A stretch of 64,000 nt of DNA from an uncultured archaeon (GTDB lineage Archaea; Asgardarchaeota; Lokiarchaeia; Sigyniarchaeales; SOKP01), in assembly GCA_964486045.1 (NCBI GenBank), contig CAZALK010000014.1, positions 89,244 through 153,243 on the forward strand. The letters are read 5' to 3'. Positions 61,811 through 64,000 of the stretch are shown one piece after another (position 1 is the first letter of the stretch; every line of letters begins with the position of its first letter). A program made the position numbers and the translations under genes. The notes under the pieces were generated by a model that was given only the letters and a program-made list of their open reading frames with translations, had not been told where the DNA came from and searched no databases.

Positions 61811-62409
61811 TTTTCCATCATTTTCTCGGTTGGTTATTACTTGATCTTATTGGTTTAATCACCTTTATCAAGCCATTCAATGAACCAAAAAGGTGGCTCA
61901 ACCGAATTGCTTTTAAGTCATTTATGAGAAAAAAATATTTATTACTTTCTCTTAGTACTGAATTGATTGGAATAATTCTGCTGATCTCTTCTTTTAGCGT
62001 TCCTTGGTCTTATCAGCTATATGTAGATATCAATAGTGGAAAATTTACTCGACATTTTTATGCCAACCAGGCAATTAACCTAGAGGCCTTGCTAAATCTC
62101 CTTTTATTTTATGTGTATTATCTTGGTTTAGCTCTTATATTTGTTAAGATTTCTGTAAACCTAAAAATTCGCAAGCGTACTGCATTAGAATTACTTGAGC
62201 TAATATTAATAGTCCCAATAATATTGCTCATCTTCAACATTCATTCCGTGAATTGTACCCCATCACCAATTCCAGAAAGATTCTGTCTAAATTCGGGTTA
62301 TTCCTCTGGATTTATCCTACTTTTCATTGGAACCACAGTATTAATCATAAATGGTTTGCAATTGAGTATTTATTCAAGGAGAAAGAGGGAAATATGGATG
62401 AATAAATAA
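61798..62409 (+). CDS. hypothetical membrane protein, paralog of 62502-63149 (5' end possibly clipped)
   Basis: Shared FLGWLLLDLIGLITFIKP, TELIGIILL, PW, SGY.SGF, LIING. Confidence 0.65.
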   Translation: MCNTLFHHFLGWLLLDLIGLITFIKPFNEPKRWLNRIAFKSFMRKKYLLLSLSTELIGIILLISSFSVPWSYQLYVDINSGKFTRHFYANQAINLEALLNLLLFYVYYLGLALIFVKISVNLKIRKRTALELLELILIVPIILLIFNIHSVNCTPSPIPERFCLNSGYSSGFILLFIGTTVLIINGLQLSIYSRRKREIWMNK

Positions 62410-62501
62410 AATTGTTTAAACTTTAAGGAACTAGCAATGGACCCAATTAATATTGAAAAAGAAATATTATTATTAGATAATTTTAGAATATTCTAGTTTT
62501 A

Positions 62502-63149
62502 TTATTTTCCATTCAAATCAACCAAATCTCTGGGTGTATCCCTCAGTAGCAGATTATTTAAATTTTTTTTTCCCTTCAGTCTAGAATAGAAACTAAATTG
62601 TATTCCATTTATTATTAACAAAGAGATACTAATAATATATAAGAAGAAACCAGAGGTATAACCAGATTTAATATAAATGAGAATGGCTAAATAAAATAAT
62701 AGTTCAAATTTTACATTGAAAATGAGAATTATTCCCGGGATAATAAACAAAATTTGAGTTACTTCAATCAGATAACGAATCTGTAGTTTTTGTTTTATAG
62801 AAATCTTAAGAAAGAGGAGACATAATCCAATTAGATAAGCGTAATACAAATAAATAATGAATATACCGTCTAAGTTAACAGCTTCTATAAAATAAAGGTA
62901 TTGAAAATGATTTACACCGAATAAGTGGTAATACCAAGGAATAGAAAAAGAAATTACTAAAAGTATAATTCCAATTAATTCTGTGACAATAGAAAATAAA
63001 ACATGCTTTTTGGGAATAAAAGACCTAAAATTCATTCCATTCTTCCAATTAGTTGTTCGATCAACCGGTTTAATAAATGTTATTAAACCAATAAGATCAA
63101 GTAATAACCAACCGAGGAAAAGATGTACTAGATCAAGTGTGTCACTCAT
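62502..63149 (-). CDS. hypothetical membrane protein, paralog of 61798-62409
   Basis: Same shared motifs as 61798-62409; convergent orientation. Confidence 0.7.
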   Translation of the reverse strand: MSDTLDLVHLFLGWLLLDLIGLITFIKPVDRTTNWKNGMNFRSFIPKKHVLFSIVTELIGIILLVISFSIPWYYHLFGVNHFQYLYFIEAVNLDGIFIIYLYYAYLIGLCLLFLKISIKQKLQIRYLIEVTQILFIIPGIILIFNVKFELLFYLAILIYIKSGYTSGFFLYIISISLLIINGIQFSFYSRLKGKKNLNNLLLRDTPRDLVDLNGK

Positions 63150-63637
63150 AATTATAAAATTTCCTAATTCTTATTTACAATTCTGTATAAAGATTAAGCA
63201 GATCTAATTTATAATAACTATGATCTACAAATTTTTTCAATAAAGAAAAGGAATTAAATGACCTTCAAAAAGTAGGACCAGAACGAATTCTAACATTGGA
63301 ACAGCTTCCTAATAACGGGGGAGGGGGAACTGAAATCGTATGATAAGCAAAAAGCAAATACGTTTCAAAATTCTACCTACTTCATTACTTTTACCTAATT
63401 CATTATCTTCAAGACTTTATTATCAAAAAGTTAATTAGATTGAAGAAACCACAACAAGTGAAACCTCCGCAGAACAACCTAAGAAATATACGACTTTTTG
63501 GAGAAACAAATGGATCACTTCAAATGCAGGTAGCATTGACGACTTTATTAAAATCTACGAAGATCTAGCAGTAAAGATGCGTATGTGGAAGGAGTAAGGT
63601 ATTATCCTTGATCCAGACATACTTGGTAGTGTTGGGG

Positions 63638-64000
63638 ATGACTATGCTCAATTCTGTACTTATAATTGACAGAGAATTCATAAAATCTTTAACGTTGAAA
63701 ATTGATAAAGATAAAGCTAAATTTCATTTATTTCCTTATCATCAGCATAATTTTATTTATTCATTAGATGTCTCTAATGAATCTTTAGTATATCTGACGT
63801 ATAATATTAATTCAATTATTAAAGCAGAGTATGCGAACCATACAGAGATTTTTACAGCTAGTATGGCATTTTGGGATATTAATTCCCCACATTGGATGGG
63901 GGCATGGTATATCAATTTTACACTAATACCTACTACTCCTAATTATAATTCTACGAAGATAATATTAAATGATGTTTTTCTGGTTAAAATGAATTTGCAC
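63638..64000 (+). CDS. hypothetical protein, runs off the window end
   Basis: Stop-free frame of 121 codons to the window end (...MAFWDINSPHWMGAWYINFT...). Confidence 0.35.
   Translation, partial: MTMLNSVLIIDREFIKSLTLKIDKDKAKFHLFPYHQHNFIYSLDVSNESLVYLTYNINSIIKAEYANHTEIFTASMAFWDINSPHWMGAWYINFTLIPTTPNYNSTKIILNDVFLVKMNLH

Noticed and set aside
45235-63325. ACGGGGGAGGG at 45235 and 63315 as element ends or att sites
   Set aside because: Only 11 nt of low complexity; the second copy reads as NGGGG codons; no integrase in the window

Overview
AT-rich archaeal DNA, almost certainly from an Asgard archaeon of Lokiarchaeia type. This is inferred from Rab-like GTPases, a Snf7/ESCRT-III protein, roadblock, longin-like and Sec23/24-like proteins, and a UGA selenoprotein with a eukaryote-like 3' SECIS. 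About 1-41 kb is mostly core genome: glycine cleavage genes, XPD, glycogen enzymes, eL33, MetE, AroB', the pus10-rpl21e-rpo4-DUF655-rsmA-HemK cluster and a NurA-like nuclease. About 41-64 kb is a decaying accessory/defence region with a TIR protein, DNA MTase and HEPN pseudogenes, a UG/Abi (DRT-like) reverse transcriptase, an IS remnant and duplicated membrane proteins. Four main results are not visible in the ORF track. (1) Two tandem copies of a ~180-nt covarying, pseudoknotted + strand ncRNA at 59.8-60.3 kb, convergent with an ATP-cone/basic-protein operon; I cannot assign it to a known family. (2) A UxxC peroxiredoxin-like selenoprotein (35052-35576) with an adjacent SECIS. (3) At least three genes (rpl21e, XPD, RT) that lack any in-frame ATG/GTG/TTG before conserved domains and appear to start at ATA/ATT/ATC. 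(4) A B-box/coiled-coil/PH/prion-like/steadiness-box ESCRT-I-like protein near Snf7. All family calls are by motif recognition; no database search was run.
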